Part shown: positions 49,165-60,990 of the stretch, piece after piece
How the letters are laid out: each line of letters begins with the position of its first letter
Position numbering within the stretch: the stretch's first letter is position 1
Source: Tricharina praecox
Taxonomy: Eukaryota
Direction of reading: 5' to 3'
Length of the DNA stretch: 64,000 bases
NCBI RefSeq assembly: GCF_024521635.1
Contig: NW_026250406.1
Span: 1,426,001 to 1,490,000, forward strand
Notes under the pieces: model-generated
Databases searched by the model: none
Told to the model about the DNA's origin: nothing
What the model saw: only the letters and a program-made list of their open reading frames with translations
Translations under genes and position numbers: made by a program

Positions 49165-50177
49165 CGATGTTTTCTCGTGCATCGATTGCTCGACTACAGG
49201 GATGCGGTCAGGTTCGTATAGATGTCTTCCCTCTACTGACCAATCATGTTCCTTCGCATACTGAGCTCTGTGATGGATTACTAATGTATTTTGTTCGAAT
49301 AGGTTGTGCAGGAGCTGGACGTTGTCAGTGTGCGGTGTTGCTGCCTCCGACACGTTCGGCGTCCCGAACACGTCTATCGGAAAACACGTCTTCTTCCGTA
49401 CCAGCTTCGGGTAAGCCAAGTTTCATCGCCCGGGTTTCGTGCATCTAGATCTTAGGGGAAACTGACGTGTCCGATTACTCTTATAGGGTCTCGAGTGGCT
49501 CCTGTAGCAGGAAGATCCGGACTTTCCCACAGTTGACAAGGAAGTAAAGCTGTGGGAAAAGATGAGAACAGACTATCACCTGTACATACAGACGGTAACC
49601 GGATGGCGCAGTATGGACATATCACACCTTGTCACCGGGGGTATACTCGCGGACGATATGTTTCGTGCTCGCTCGCCAGCTCGTCATCGCCCATGGGAAT
49701 GCTGTCTAGTGCGTGTAGGGCATGGACGTTCAGATTTCCCACAAGCTGTGTTTTTTCCAGCGTCCATCAATCGCATGGATGCGACCTGGTACGTACATAT
49801 GTTTCTCCTCCTCTGAAAAATCATGTTCTTTCAAGTACTGAGCTCTGAAATTGATAACTAATCTGTTATGTTTCAATAGGTGGACGCCGGAGGGGGACGT
49901 TGCTGGCGTGCGTCGTTGCCGCCTCCGACAGGTTCGGCGCCTCGATCGTGTACAGCTTGTTTTTGAGGACAGCGTTCAGGAGCGCGTGTTGGAGGTGCAG
50001 AATAGGAAGCGTGCGTCGGTGATAGCCGAGCTCGGCGAGGGTGCAATGGAAAGGACGCACGAGGATATCAAGGCTGTGCTGGCTGAAGATGAGTCCCACG
50101 ATGACGAGGCGGACGAAGATGACCCCAAAGACAATAAGTTTAAACGGCCGAGCTCGGTGAGGGCGGAATGGCACTGA
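49165..50177 (+). pseudogene. Scrambled SNF2 (HLTF/Rad5-like) pseudogene: C-terminal piece, then Q motif/motif I piece, then C-terminal piece
   Basis: KTRLLPYQLR, intron 49411-49486, GLEWLL*QEDPDFP...KLWEK...TGGILADDM; then MDATW, an intron, WTPEGDVAGVRRCRLRQVRR...LVFEDSVQERVLEVQNRKR (motif VI region and tail). A homologous intron+exon also precedes the Q motif (49212-49375). Confidence 0.88.
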
Positions 50178-51267
50178 GGTTGATGGTATCAAGGCTGTGA
50201 TAGCTGGTGATGGATCGAAAGTTGATGAGAGAGTATGGGCCATTTGCAAATGATGAATATAAGGGGTAGATAAACACAACAATAGTATTCAATACAGTAG
50301 CAATATCGCGAGCAGCTCTCTCCCTCTCCATGCACAGTGTTCATAGACTACACTAACAACGCTATAGGAGTTTCTCTTACTACAGTAAAACGGCTGGTGG
50401 GGAGTAGCGGTAATGCGGCTGGCTTTGATGTACACCGTGCCACTTAAAAAAACTTGGAATGTAGACAGCCTGATTTGTGGGCAACCCTAGCTTATTACTG
50501 GCTTCATTTGAACCGGCAGTGAAGTAAAAGTCGGTATTCCGATGCAGGCAATAACGCAGTCAACTTTGGGGAGAGCTAAGGTTTCCGGGAGCTTGCAGCG
50601 GAATTCTTGCGCACTTCGAAACACAGCCCATGTGAGTCGTAAATTGTGATAAAACCAGCGTTGCCATACAACTAGCGTTACTGTACAAGAGTTGGAGATA
50701 TTCAAAGCTAGCCGTAGGTCAGAAAGAACTGCTGAGCCGGAGCATCACTAACTCATCTCTTCTACATCCTCGCCAACTCATCTCTTCCGCTGCGCCTGCA
50801 AATACTCGTCGCAAATATCCACACCTTACATGCAACTATCGTCACGAGCCGGCAGTTTTGATGAAGTTGAATTCCTATACAGATACTCACACCTTCATAC
50901 TCAGCGATCCTAATTCCTGGTTATGTGGAGGAGCTGTAGGAGGGGTTGTCGTCAAGAGGCGGAAGTGAAGGAGGACTGCTGTCGGTGGGAGAAGACGGAT
51001 GTGGTTTGCAGAGCGAACAAACGTCAGCGGGCATGGCGGGTATAGCGGGGTCGTATGCTCTCTTAGCCATCTCCTCCTTCTTCTTTTTATTCTTCCGCAA
51101 CTCCTCCTCCCTCCCACAACTCCTCCCCCCCATAACTCTTGTAGGAGATATCTGCATCGATAAGTTCAGGAAATAGTTCCGTCGCCCGTCGACCGTCAGC
51201 CGAGCTCGGATACTCCACGAGAGTACACTAGGGGCATCGTCATCTCCGGACTTGCCATATTCTGACA

Positions 51268-51500
51268 GAAATGACCCTCGATCACTGTTTTCTCCCTCTT
51301 CCGTTGGTCGCAGAGATGAGACATGTGCGTACATCTATCCCCCGTCTTCTGAAGAATCAGGTTTCTTCGTGTGGTGAGCTCTGCAATGGATTGATAATGT
51401 GTTTTGTTTCAATAGGCAAAGGTAGGAGTGGGTTTTTGCCGATGTGCGGCGTTGCCGCCTCCAGCAGGTTCCGAGCGTCGGACAGGTTCGGCGCCCCGGA
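51268..51500 (+). pseudogene. Third copy of the SNF2 C-terminal exon-intron-exon unit
   Basis: The intron with AATCA(G/T)GTT...TGAGCTCTG...TGTTTCAATAG and the exon GTGCGGCGTTGCCGCCTCC...GACAGGTTCGGCGCC match 49212-49365 and 49789-49945. Confidence 0.75.
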
Positions 51501-54500
51501 CACCTGCACCCGAGGATATCTCGGTGGGGTGTGAAGCCTTCACCAGCTCTATGAGCCGAGGCAAGCTGACCATCAGGAACGACAATATTGATGCTGCACC
51601 TCCTCCGCTCGTCAGCTGCATTCCTCCCCCACATGCTTTACCTAGCTGCTAAGAACTCGATGAACAATGTAAACAGCGTCATAGACAAAAACAATGACTG
51701 TATCTGCATATACTGCGCTTCTCTGTCCCGCATCTCCGGCGGAGCGGTAGGTAACAGTACCTTTGTTACGGAAGAAGCTTGTGCTGAAGCCCATGCTGAG
51801 GCTTACATGCACGCAGACGTGCGGAGCGTCTGGGAGAGCAGGAAATGGCCGGACGGACGGCCCACAAAGCATAGCCCGCCTGGACCCGGACGGGAGAGGA
51901 GAAGGACCCGTCGGCGGTCATCGATATTGCCGACTCGCAGCTTTGGGCGGCCGGTGTCGTCCTGGAGAGGCCCTTCAACATCCCTCCATTCCGCTTCCCC
52001 CAGAGCACTGGTGGGTTCGCGGATATCAACGCGGGTGGTGCTTCCCAATGGGAAGAAAAGATGGAAGAGGCCTACAAGATCCAACTGCTGGGTGCTTTGC
52101 CAGCTCCACTGATGAGCGGCTTGCCGTGGTTCGAGGATCTTTTGACGTGGGTAAGTTCTTCATAATTTCCCGTCTGGAAAACTGTTTGAGCATGCAATCA
52201 ATTGCCAAAAGGTGATGTCACTGCACCTCCAAATGGTCGGTGCTACTGCATAGGACCAACGTGGTCCCTGCATCCTGCCTGCGGGCACTGACAAGCTCCA
52301 CAGATTACATTTGCATCAGAAATCCATTGCCGACAAACCTGGCCAGAAGCAGATATTTGGGATTAAGCCCAGATCCCGTGTGAAGGATCTGCTCTCGAGG
52401 TTTGTTACCTGCTGTTATCAACAGTGTCTGGAAGGTTTAGAAATATACTTCAGCCTTCCGCCAAACCTCGTGGTGGGGAATTACCACGCCATTCCCTCGG
52501 GAATGTATTAAACTTCGGCGACCCGGCACTATTGGAATGCCGTCCAACAGAGCGCTGCTTCGCCTGTGCACCCCGCTGGGGGAAGGATGTCACGACCGTA
52601 AGATCGCCAAAGCATTTTCCAGTCAGAACAGATTGTTGATAGTGCCAGACCACAACTGCGGCGGCGAGGTCAAGCTCGCGCAGACTATCACATCCTCGGT
52701 CCCTGAGAGAAGATAATGATCGAACACGCCCCAACCCGCCTCGGGCGGCTTGGTGATTCCAAAAGACGCCGTCGTAAGTGATTCATTCTAGTCTTCGATT
52801 CCACTAGACTAATAGGTTTTCGCAGTTGGACAATATCGACAAGGGAAGAGACACCCCGATGGTGCTAACCTAACGGACAATAAAGGCACATTGGCATGCG
52901 GAAGCTTGAAACGTTAAGTGTAATGATGGCGGAGCCAGGGCCGGAACGACCTTTCTCCGAATATATGAAGCTTTGGGGTTTTTGGTGAAGTTACTGGGAC
53001 CGCAATTAAAAACTATTATTACATACTACTACTGTTCTTCCATCCCGCGTACGCATCCTGTATGCCCACCATCTATCATGTGATCACCGTTTTGCCAATT
53101 CTCAGTGTTGACCAGTTTTAACCGCATACTGAAATCGAAGTTCTGCATGGGGTTGCGTTCGGGCGCACCCATAACGAGTTATGTTCGTTTTGGTGGTGGA
53201 GATAGTGGATCTGTTTTCATCGTGTCTATATTTCTCAGGAACTCCAGCTGAAACATCAACCGTTGAAAGGCCGTTAAATGTTACACCTGCGGATTTCCTT
53301 ACGAGTTTCTAATAATTGCGATTCTTTTCGCATGATCTTCTCCTCTGCCGCACCGATGAGAAAAGGAAATCCAGTAAATAAGGGTTGATTTTGTTTCCCT
53401 GATCGAATAAACACAAAAGAAGAATTTATCCGAATATCCACTGTCATCTGGGTGGATAAGCAATATTTAACGACACGAGTAAATGCAACCAAGAGAGAGG
53501 GAAGCGACTACTACTACTCATGATGTCGACCGGGGAAGGTGGAGAGAGAGGAATTGCTCTCGACGTAGTGCAACATTCTCCTCATACTATGCGAATAAGC
53601 CGCAACGGAGATCACTGAAATCATAGCTGCCGGAGAGCCGGAAAGATATATCTCGCAGTGAAGCAATCCTATTTAGGATATTCCTGCGGGCCGCGACGAA
53701 TTATGGCTCCGGATTTGACCTGTCATTCTGACAGTCGGTGGCCACTGAAGGGAGATTGAGAATGTTGAAAGTGGCGTTTGTGGGGTTAAATTTGAAAATA
53801 AATGTGTCGGGGCTGGTAATGGTGGTTTATTTGCTCCTCATGAAATTCGGTGCCTTGGATAAACGCTTTGCAATGTAGCGGTCTCGTTGTAGCTCTGTGG
53901 ATCGGCTATGTTGATGTCGACAAGCAAATCGGGATTCGGAAAAGACATTGAAAAAAGGTAACATACCCGGCCGATCCCCTTTGCGCCATCTGCCCTCACG
54001 CCTACACAAACTACACCGCTCCACTCGAAGTTTACTATGCTGACTCACCATACATTCTACCTCCCTCTGCAACATCAACAGATCATCCACTCAGTGGTTC
54101 GCCCGTTTAACTTCATCTTCTCCCCAACGGGCATCGCACAATCGTCTTCCAGCAACCAACCCTAGAATATGGCTGCTGCGCACACGAATCCCCTTCCCCG
54201 AACATGGCTCTAACCCATAGCGAAGTGGTTTCCGCACATGGGTCTACCCCATTGCGAAGTCATGCCTTCTTGCCGTTCGCCAGGAAGATTGCATCGACGT
54301 AATTCTCGGTGTTTACACCCGGTCGAAGTCCTGTGCTTTGCCTAGCCGTACCGCTCGCACGATTGAACCATGACCGGCGTCATTCCATCCATCGGTTTAC
54401 GCCTCATCAGCACTTGAAGCTCGGAGGTGTCCAAAGCGGAAGACCTTTTGGTGGAAGCAATAGGAGACGGCGTAAGCACCCTCTATTCTATTTTCAAACC

Positions 54501-56590
54501 ATATCGCTCTATATGATCTAACGTAGCAGTCAGGCTGCCTCGGAAGAGTTTCCTCCATATTGGATGGTACGGGTCTTTCGTATACCAATCCAGTGGCTTC
54601 GTCAAATTGTTGAAGGGTTCCCCTAATGGATCACCAGACAGCGAAGGTTACTTCGAGTGAATCATTAACATTTGAATGAAGAAAGTCTTTGCTTCGAGAT
54701 TGTTGTGGATGTAAATACCCGCTCAAATTACTCTTATCGCCGCCTTGGCACCGTTCATTCCGGTGGCTAACCTTTTTCATCGGCAGGATTGAAGAAGACG
54801 AATCAGACTCCAATCTATGAGGTAGTTGATATGGCAAGTGGTACCGCAGTAACGTTATCACCAAGCAGAGGAAAACGATGGGAGACCTGAGTTCATGGAG
54901 GTAAGATCGTTTACCGGTGAGGTCAAGACTCATCTACGATGCGTTAGAAGTGCCGTCCTGCCAGTGGAGGAGGGCATCAATGGAATTACTGGAGGGGCTC
55001 GTTCTATACCGGCAGGTAACGTAATGCACTTCCTGTCTGAGAGATTGTCGTAACCAGTATCTACGCGGTGGTGTCCCAGATCTAAGCATTCTACAACAAG
55101 AATGAGGAGCGCAACCTGCGCACGGATAGCTGATGGATGCTCTACCCAACCGGACTCGAGGCCTCAATCGATACGACCACGAGTGCGTCGTCAAGTTACA
55201 TCAGTTCATAACGAGCCTTAAATGGCATATCTACGCTGATTAGGGGCAGGAATTCGGAAAAATCTGATTCACCAGGGTGGATGTGCATGAACTTTCCGTG
55301 TCGGGGTTCGAACCTGGGAATCGGAACTGACTCGAATGTTAGACTGCGACGACTCCGCGACACGCTGATGCCAGCCCAGTCGCTGGCGACTCCCCCATGA
55401 CCTCCATTGAATGGAATCGCTCCTGAAGAAGTGGCCGCTTACGATTTGCCGGCCGCTACTACACGGAATTCGCGAAGAAATGGGTACAAGTAGTTTCAAC
55501 GCAAGAAGACCTCCAACCTCTCGTGACTATAAAATTGACGCGAGAGAAACCTCCGAACCTCAAGAAAGGAAATTCCATGAATGGGATCCGTGCAGAGATG
55601 GGCGCCCACAAGGACAACGAGTCAACGAAATTGATATGTTTTTACGATGCCACTCTATTTTCCACACAAACCACAGCGTGATGGCGAGGGTATCAAGGAG
55701 AGCAACTGCTACACCGTGGTCGCCAAGTACGTATATCGAGCATAGAAATTCGGATCCAATGAAAATGGATGTTACGACGAGGCGTTTTGCGATCGAACGA
55801 ATGGCCTACGACTTCGATGCATGTACCAAAAATGTGGGTATATAGACAGATAGATGGTATTATAAATATCAGAAGCCTTTTCCTGCGCTACGGATACTCT
55901 ATATACGCAGTAGATACGTCAGTACGTGAGGACTCACTTCATGCATAGAAGGGCGGCCGTGCGGAACAAGTCACTGCCACCGAGCCGCGAGGTTACCATT
56001 ACCGTCCGGTGATACAAACTAAAGGAAGAAGTCATCGTACGTCCACTATGCCGGACCACTACGCACTAATACGAGTGCGGTTGCAGAACAATCCCACAAG
56101 GGGGAAGATCTTGAGCTATAACTAGCTTTGGATTATTCTAAGGTGTAGGGAAGTTTAGTGAGACTGATCTCCGAAGAGCGAATCTCGTAGGATTGCACAT
56201 GAGGACAACCTGATTGTTAGGGGAAGCGAGAGCATGAGAGATCGCCTGCCGTCACACAGCAGCTTTGAGACGATCATGTCCTACAGATCGCGCACATCGC
56301 TCAATGATGCGGCACATTGAATTCGGCCAAAGTACCTTCTTTGCACTGTCCCAACCGACGTCACAGCAGTCCATTGTGTATCAGATCTTTTGCGCAACAG
56401 AGGGTTTCCCAAGCCACGCGGAGACGATCTGATAGCGACTATAGAGAACCCCAGGTAGATTCCCAACATGACATTCTTGCGCATCCTTTCTACACCACAC
56501 ACAACCAAAGACTCAAACGACTTCCCACGACTCGAACTGAATCGCCACAACACCTCAAGCCCCAAACCACAAGACTCTACCGACATCACA

Positions 56591-56919
56591 ATGTCGCTAT
56601 TCAACGTCTTCCGCAAGCACTGCGCCCAGCGCTTCGGCAAGGAGGCGAAGGCCTCCCAGGTCATCGCCGTGTACTCGTACTGCTTCGTATGTTCCCTTCC
56701 TCCTGCTTTGGCCTTTCTATATCAGGAGCGACTAACCAATATCTCTCGAAACAAAGTTGAGCACTGGGCTCTCCTGGGTTGGCCCCTACTATGCCACGGT
56801 CAACAATGAAGGCAAGCCCTACGACAAGCGCGATGAGTACGTACACTGGTATGTATTATATGGCGCAATTACTGACGATGTTAAGGGAGTACCGAAACCT
56901 CATCCACTGTTGCCGATAG
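56591..56919 (+). CDS. Putative 69-aa microprotein, 3 exons (56591-56686, 56757-56836, 56886-56919)
   Basis: Introns GTATGT...ACTAAC...AAG and GTACGT...ACTGAC...AAG splice to 210 nt in frame: MSLFNVFRKHCAQRFGKEAKASQVIAVYSYCFLSTGLSWVGPYYATVNNEGKPYDKRDEEYRNLIHCCR*; C/G-ending codon bias. Confidence 0.65.
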
Positions 56920-59586
56920 GCTTACTTTCGGACATGACTTTCAAGGGTGTCTGGTGTTTCGTGTTCAAAGGCTGCCTGGTGTTTCTATTTCGGACTTGGG
57001 AGTTGATGATCGTTGGGGAGTGTCGCAGGTGGCATCTGGGAATACAAACATCGGGTCGCTAGACTTTCGCTTTTCTTCTGTGATACTTTGTCAAACGAGT
57101 GTTCTAATCATCCCATACTCCGTGGCCTGCACATCTAGAACTTGGAGTCGGAGATAATCCCTGAAGGAGCCACTCGTCACGTAGAACCGGTGGCGTCGCC
57201 ACCCACGAGGGGTCGAAGCCGTGATACCTACGTGGAGTCGCGCCAAATCCAGCGACGTAGGAGCGAACAGGGCTTGACAGTGACATCGAGTAGAAGCTGA
57301 CGAACTGAGCGAAGTTCCACCTCAACAGCTACACCGATTGCCTCTACATCATTCCGTTTGACGAAAACTCCCCACATTATGCCCGTAGTCTGCCTACGGA
57401 GCATCAACAAGTGCTGGAATTCGGTTCGAGACGTTGGACTACAGGCGAAATTATGAATACACTGGCCGCGGCCCAAGAAGCCTATCAGGCCCGAACGCAC
57501 AGCGCCACATTCCCTCCGCCGGAGGAATCCTGAGATCATCGCCACCCAGCACAGACGGTGTCCGACACATGAAAACGTCTCCCCAAACGAGAAGGCCCAA
57601 CGAATCCGTGGCGAAGCTGGTAGCCGAAAAGCCCACCGCCCTCGAAGTCGAAGCCCCCCCGGCTGCCTGAGTCAGCACAGCACCAGGTGAGTATCCCCCG
57701 TGATTAGCCAACGTGAGTCCTGGAGTCATCGCGGCTAACTTACACGCTGAAGAGAGGACATTCCTTCACGGCGGCCGATCAGTACCCCCAGGCGACGTGA
57801 AACCTCTCCGACCTCCGCTGCGGATGCTGTCAGCGATCACCATTGAGATGATTCGATCGCGCCCGTCACATACCGACCTCACCGCAATCGAGAAGGCAGA
57901 AGAATCGGTCACATGGGCTGCTGAAACCACAACCCCTCCGCGGTTTGACCCACCCCCGCCGGCTCAATCATTGCGGCACCGGACTACAGCCACCTCTTTA
58001 CTCGGCTCAGACGTGGACATGCGGATCCTAGAGGTCGCCCGAGAAGCAGAAGTAGCCAGGTGTCCGCGCAGGAGCTTACGAAGGTGGAGCTCAGGGTGAG
58101 GTGAGGCGGGAACAGGATGTCCGAGGAGGTTCAAATCTTACGAGGGTGATGAAGTTGAGGAACCACGAACAGTCACCAGTAACCAGTAGCCACTCCCTCC
58201 GCCCCCTCCGCCATTATGATCCTTCACGGCATCCGCTGACGAGCAAAGAGCGGCGCAGGTCAGAGCCACCCCCGTCAATCGCTCACCAGAAGTGCGGAAC
58301 CCCGGAGACCTAGGTACAAGCTGAAGACAGGGTACTGCCTCACTAGCGAGTACCTCCCGAGGAAGAAGATCGACTCCGACGTTCACTGCGAATAGTGTCG
58401 CTACAAGGGCCAGACCCAGGAACACCGCCTCCTCGAATGGATGAACAAGCTGAAGATACTATGTCCAAAGGAATAGATGGAGACGCAGAGGGGCATGGAT
58501 CGCTTCCAATTCCCAGACCTCTCTGCAGACGACCTCCTTGCCTCCACTGACGTGGGCAGGCGAATCCCAGAGGCCGCAGACGAAGATGCTCCCGACATCC
58601 TTCCACTCCTTGATGATATCTCCTCACCAGGAGGAACCGGTGTTAGGCTCCCTGCCACTCCCACTATTTGCCTACCAGAGGCGAGGAATCACGGATACCA
58701 CTTTTCTAGCTCTGGCCGTAGATGGGACACTGCCTCACCGGCTAGCACCTCTGGTATATGAGATGTCGCCCGTCGCCTTCTGCGGATGATGCCGATACGA
58801 CATCCCGCCCCAGACCGAGGAGCAAGTCTTCCGAGGTTACCCTAAGGTGAGAGGCAACAGATCATTGTGCGGGTAGAGGTCCGAACGGAGACGGTGACTC
58901 AGGGGAGAGGATGGCTTTTAAATCCGGGACTACAGATCTCTTGGCAGACGACCAGAACAGCCTGTCTAGATTTCTAGAATTTCTACCCGTCACCGATCTG
59001 GGCAGCCGAATCCTGGAGGTCGCCGAGAAAGATTGTCCAAGCGGGATTTCCGATTGGAATCCAAGGGAGCGGGAACAGCGGGAGCCGGAGTTGAAGCGAG
59101 AGGAGTAGGTGGGCCTCGACCCTTGGAGGAAATGGAACCACATCAGGAGAAAAAAAACTTCGTTGGGCGCGGGGTGAGGTTCGTACTGCGTGAACTGCGC
59201 ATGGCGTAACATGGTGGTTGGATAGGCACGATGCCATGTGACCACAGAGGTCCGTGCCGGACCAAAGCTCTGCATGCCAAACTGCAGCTCGCCAGGCCTG
59301 GCCCTAGCTAGCCAGGTGGTGCACACAGCGTAACACTCCGACTGGACTGGCACGATGCCTGGATTGATCGCAGTCCTTGAGCGATCGCATCTCGCCATCC
59401 ACCGCGCACAACGGAAGACTCTGACTGAGTAGGTACGGTGCCTAGATTTATAGCTGTCTGGGTCTCAAATATGCTACCCGTGTCGGAATGCGGATTGCGG
59501 AATAAAGACAGGGAACCCATACTGTGTTCGCAATATCTACCACCTGCACGTAACATTGCATATATAGATAAATACTGTAATTCCTA

Positions 59587-60990
59587 TCATACAGAATCCT
59601 CCTCCGAAAGCTCAGATCTCAGCTCATCGTCTTCTTCTTCTTCGTCAAAACCCTTTTTGTCATCAGTCTCCACAGCATGAAGCTTAAGCAGAATAGGACT
59701 AGTCGCCGAACGCCCCTCCTCCAGGATGTCCCCCTAATCCTGAATTTCCCCTTCCTCCTGAGTTTCCCCCTCCGCCTGGCTTTCCCCCTTCTCCTGAATG
59801 GCCCCCTCCTGCGGGATTTCTCCCTCCTTGGGGAAGTCTTTCCTGGCATTTGGCATCACCAATGGTCCTAAATCCGGATCACTAGGAAGAGGTTCCCCAC
59901 GGAATGCTTCCATTACAGCAGGATCCAACTCGCGAGTAGACTCCGTGTGCACCACTGGTGCCTTGTCGTCCTCATCGATAGAGGACCTGATCTTGATCTT
60001 CAGCGCGTTGCGTACTGTCAACACCGCCTTTTCCTGCATCCGATGATCCAGAAGGTTCCATGAATACATGAAATTACGGTACATTGCCATCGGCAAAGAC
60101 TGACAAGGGTACCAAGAGCCGTTCAGCAGGCTGGTCTTATGTTTTCAATTGCAGAAATTATGCCCGTAAGTAGTCTTTGATATTTCACAAGCATTGCTAA
60201 CAGTTATTGTAGCCTCCATGGGGGCGGATCTCCCCCACGCTTCTACCACTCCTGCAATGCACGGTGCACGGCTGTCACCACGTACACGAGCAAGGAGGGA
60301 GGTTACTCCTTCAATAACCAATTGTGTAGTCCGGCGTTATGACTACGGGACCTGTTGAAAAGTGCAGATGGAGGAACCGTGGAATTTGACTGGCAAAAAA
60401 AGGGGTTACTCGCCGCTACAAGATGTGTGAGACGATCCAAAGCAGCAGACAGATACACCGGTAATGGCACAGGCCTGGAGCACTCACCCTCAGTGGCAGC
60501 CCGCGGTCACTATCGCGGTATATGAAAGCATCATCACGAAGAGATTCATTTACCGCCACCAGACGCTCGGAAGCACTTCTATGGTCGTTCAGACCATACA
60601 GCTCCGCGATGCTGTTCAGCGCAGTCGAGATCCAGCTCGACTGGTTGGTGTTGTAGCCACTCTTGATATGCACCGCCGCGTACGGAGTAGTCTTAGCAAC
60701 TAGAATAATTTCCTGAACCCATTCCGGAGCAGGATATCACTATACGTACTTCAGGTTGTCCACTTTGCTGACTTCAGAGTCAATTTTCAAGCCTGTCCGC
60801 TGATTGGCTTCCGGCCACAGCTGGGCGACGATCTAAAAACCGGTCATGTTAGCGAAATAAGTGAACCCAATCAGTCTCATATCGTACCGAAGTGGATCAT
60901 CTCAACACCCGCAGACATAAAAGGGGTTTCTCGATAGCCATGCCGCTCGAGGAGATGCTTAACTACTTCCAGCACGCTGGGGACTTCTAG
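59587..60990 (-). pseudogene. DUF6532-like multi-exon pseudogene with an acidic 18-bp-repeat tail
   Basis: Exon translations YRETPFM, IVAQLWPEANQRTGL, IAELYGL...VNESLRDDAFIYRD and PPSLLVYVVTAVHRALQEW follow the order of the DUF6532 pattern as I recall it; stops and a frameshift are present; tail of EGEIPQ/EGETQE/EGEIQD repeats. Confidence 0.55.

Noticed and set aside
51880..52900. Protein-like exons (EKDPSAVIDIADSQLW...LPWFEDLLTW) with intron signals
   Set aside because: Probably another gene remnant, but no family or consistent gene model could be established.
55295..55330. tRNA or SINE B-box (GGTTCGAACC)
   Set aside because: No 5-bp T-stem, acceptor stem, anticodon arm or A-box could be folded on either strand.
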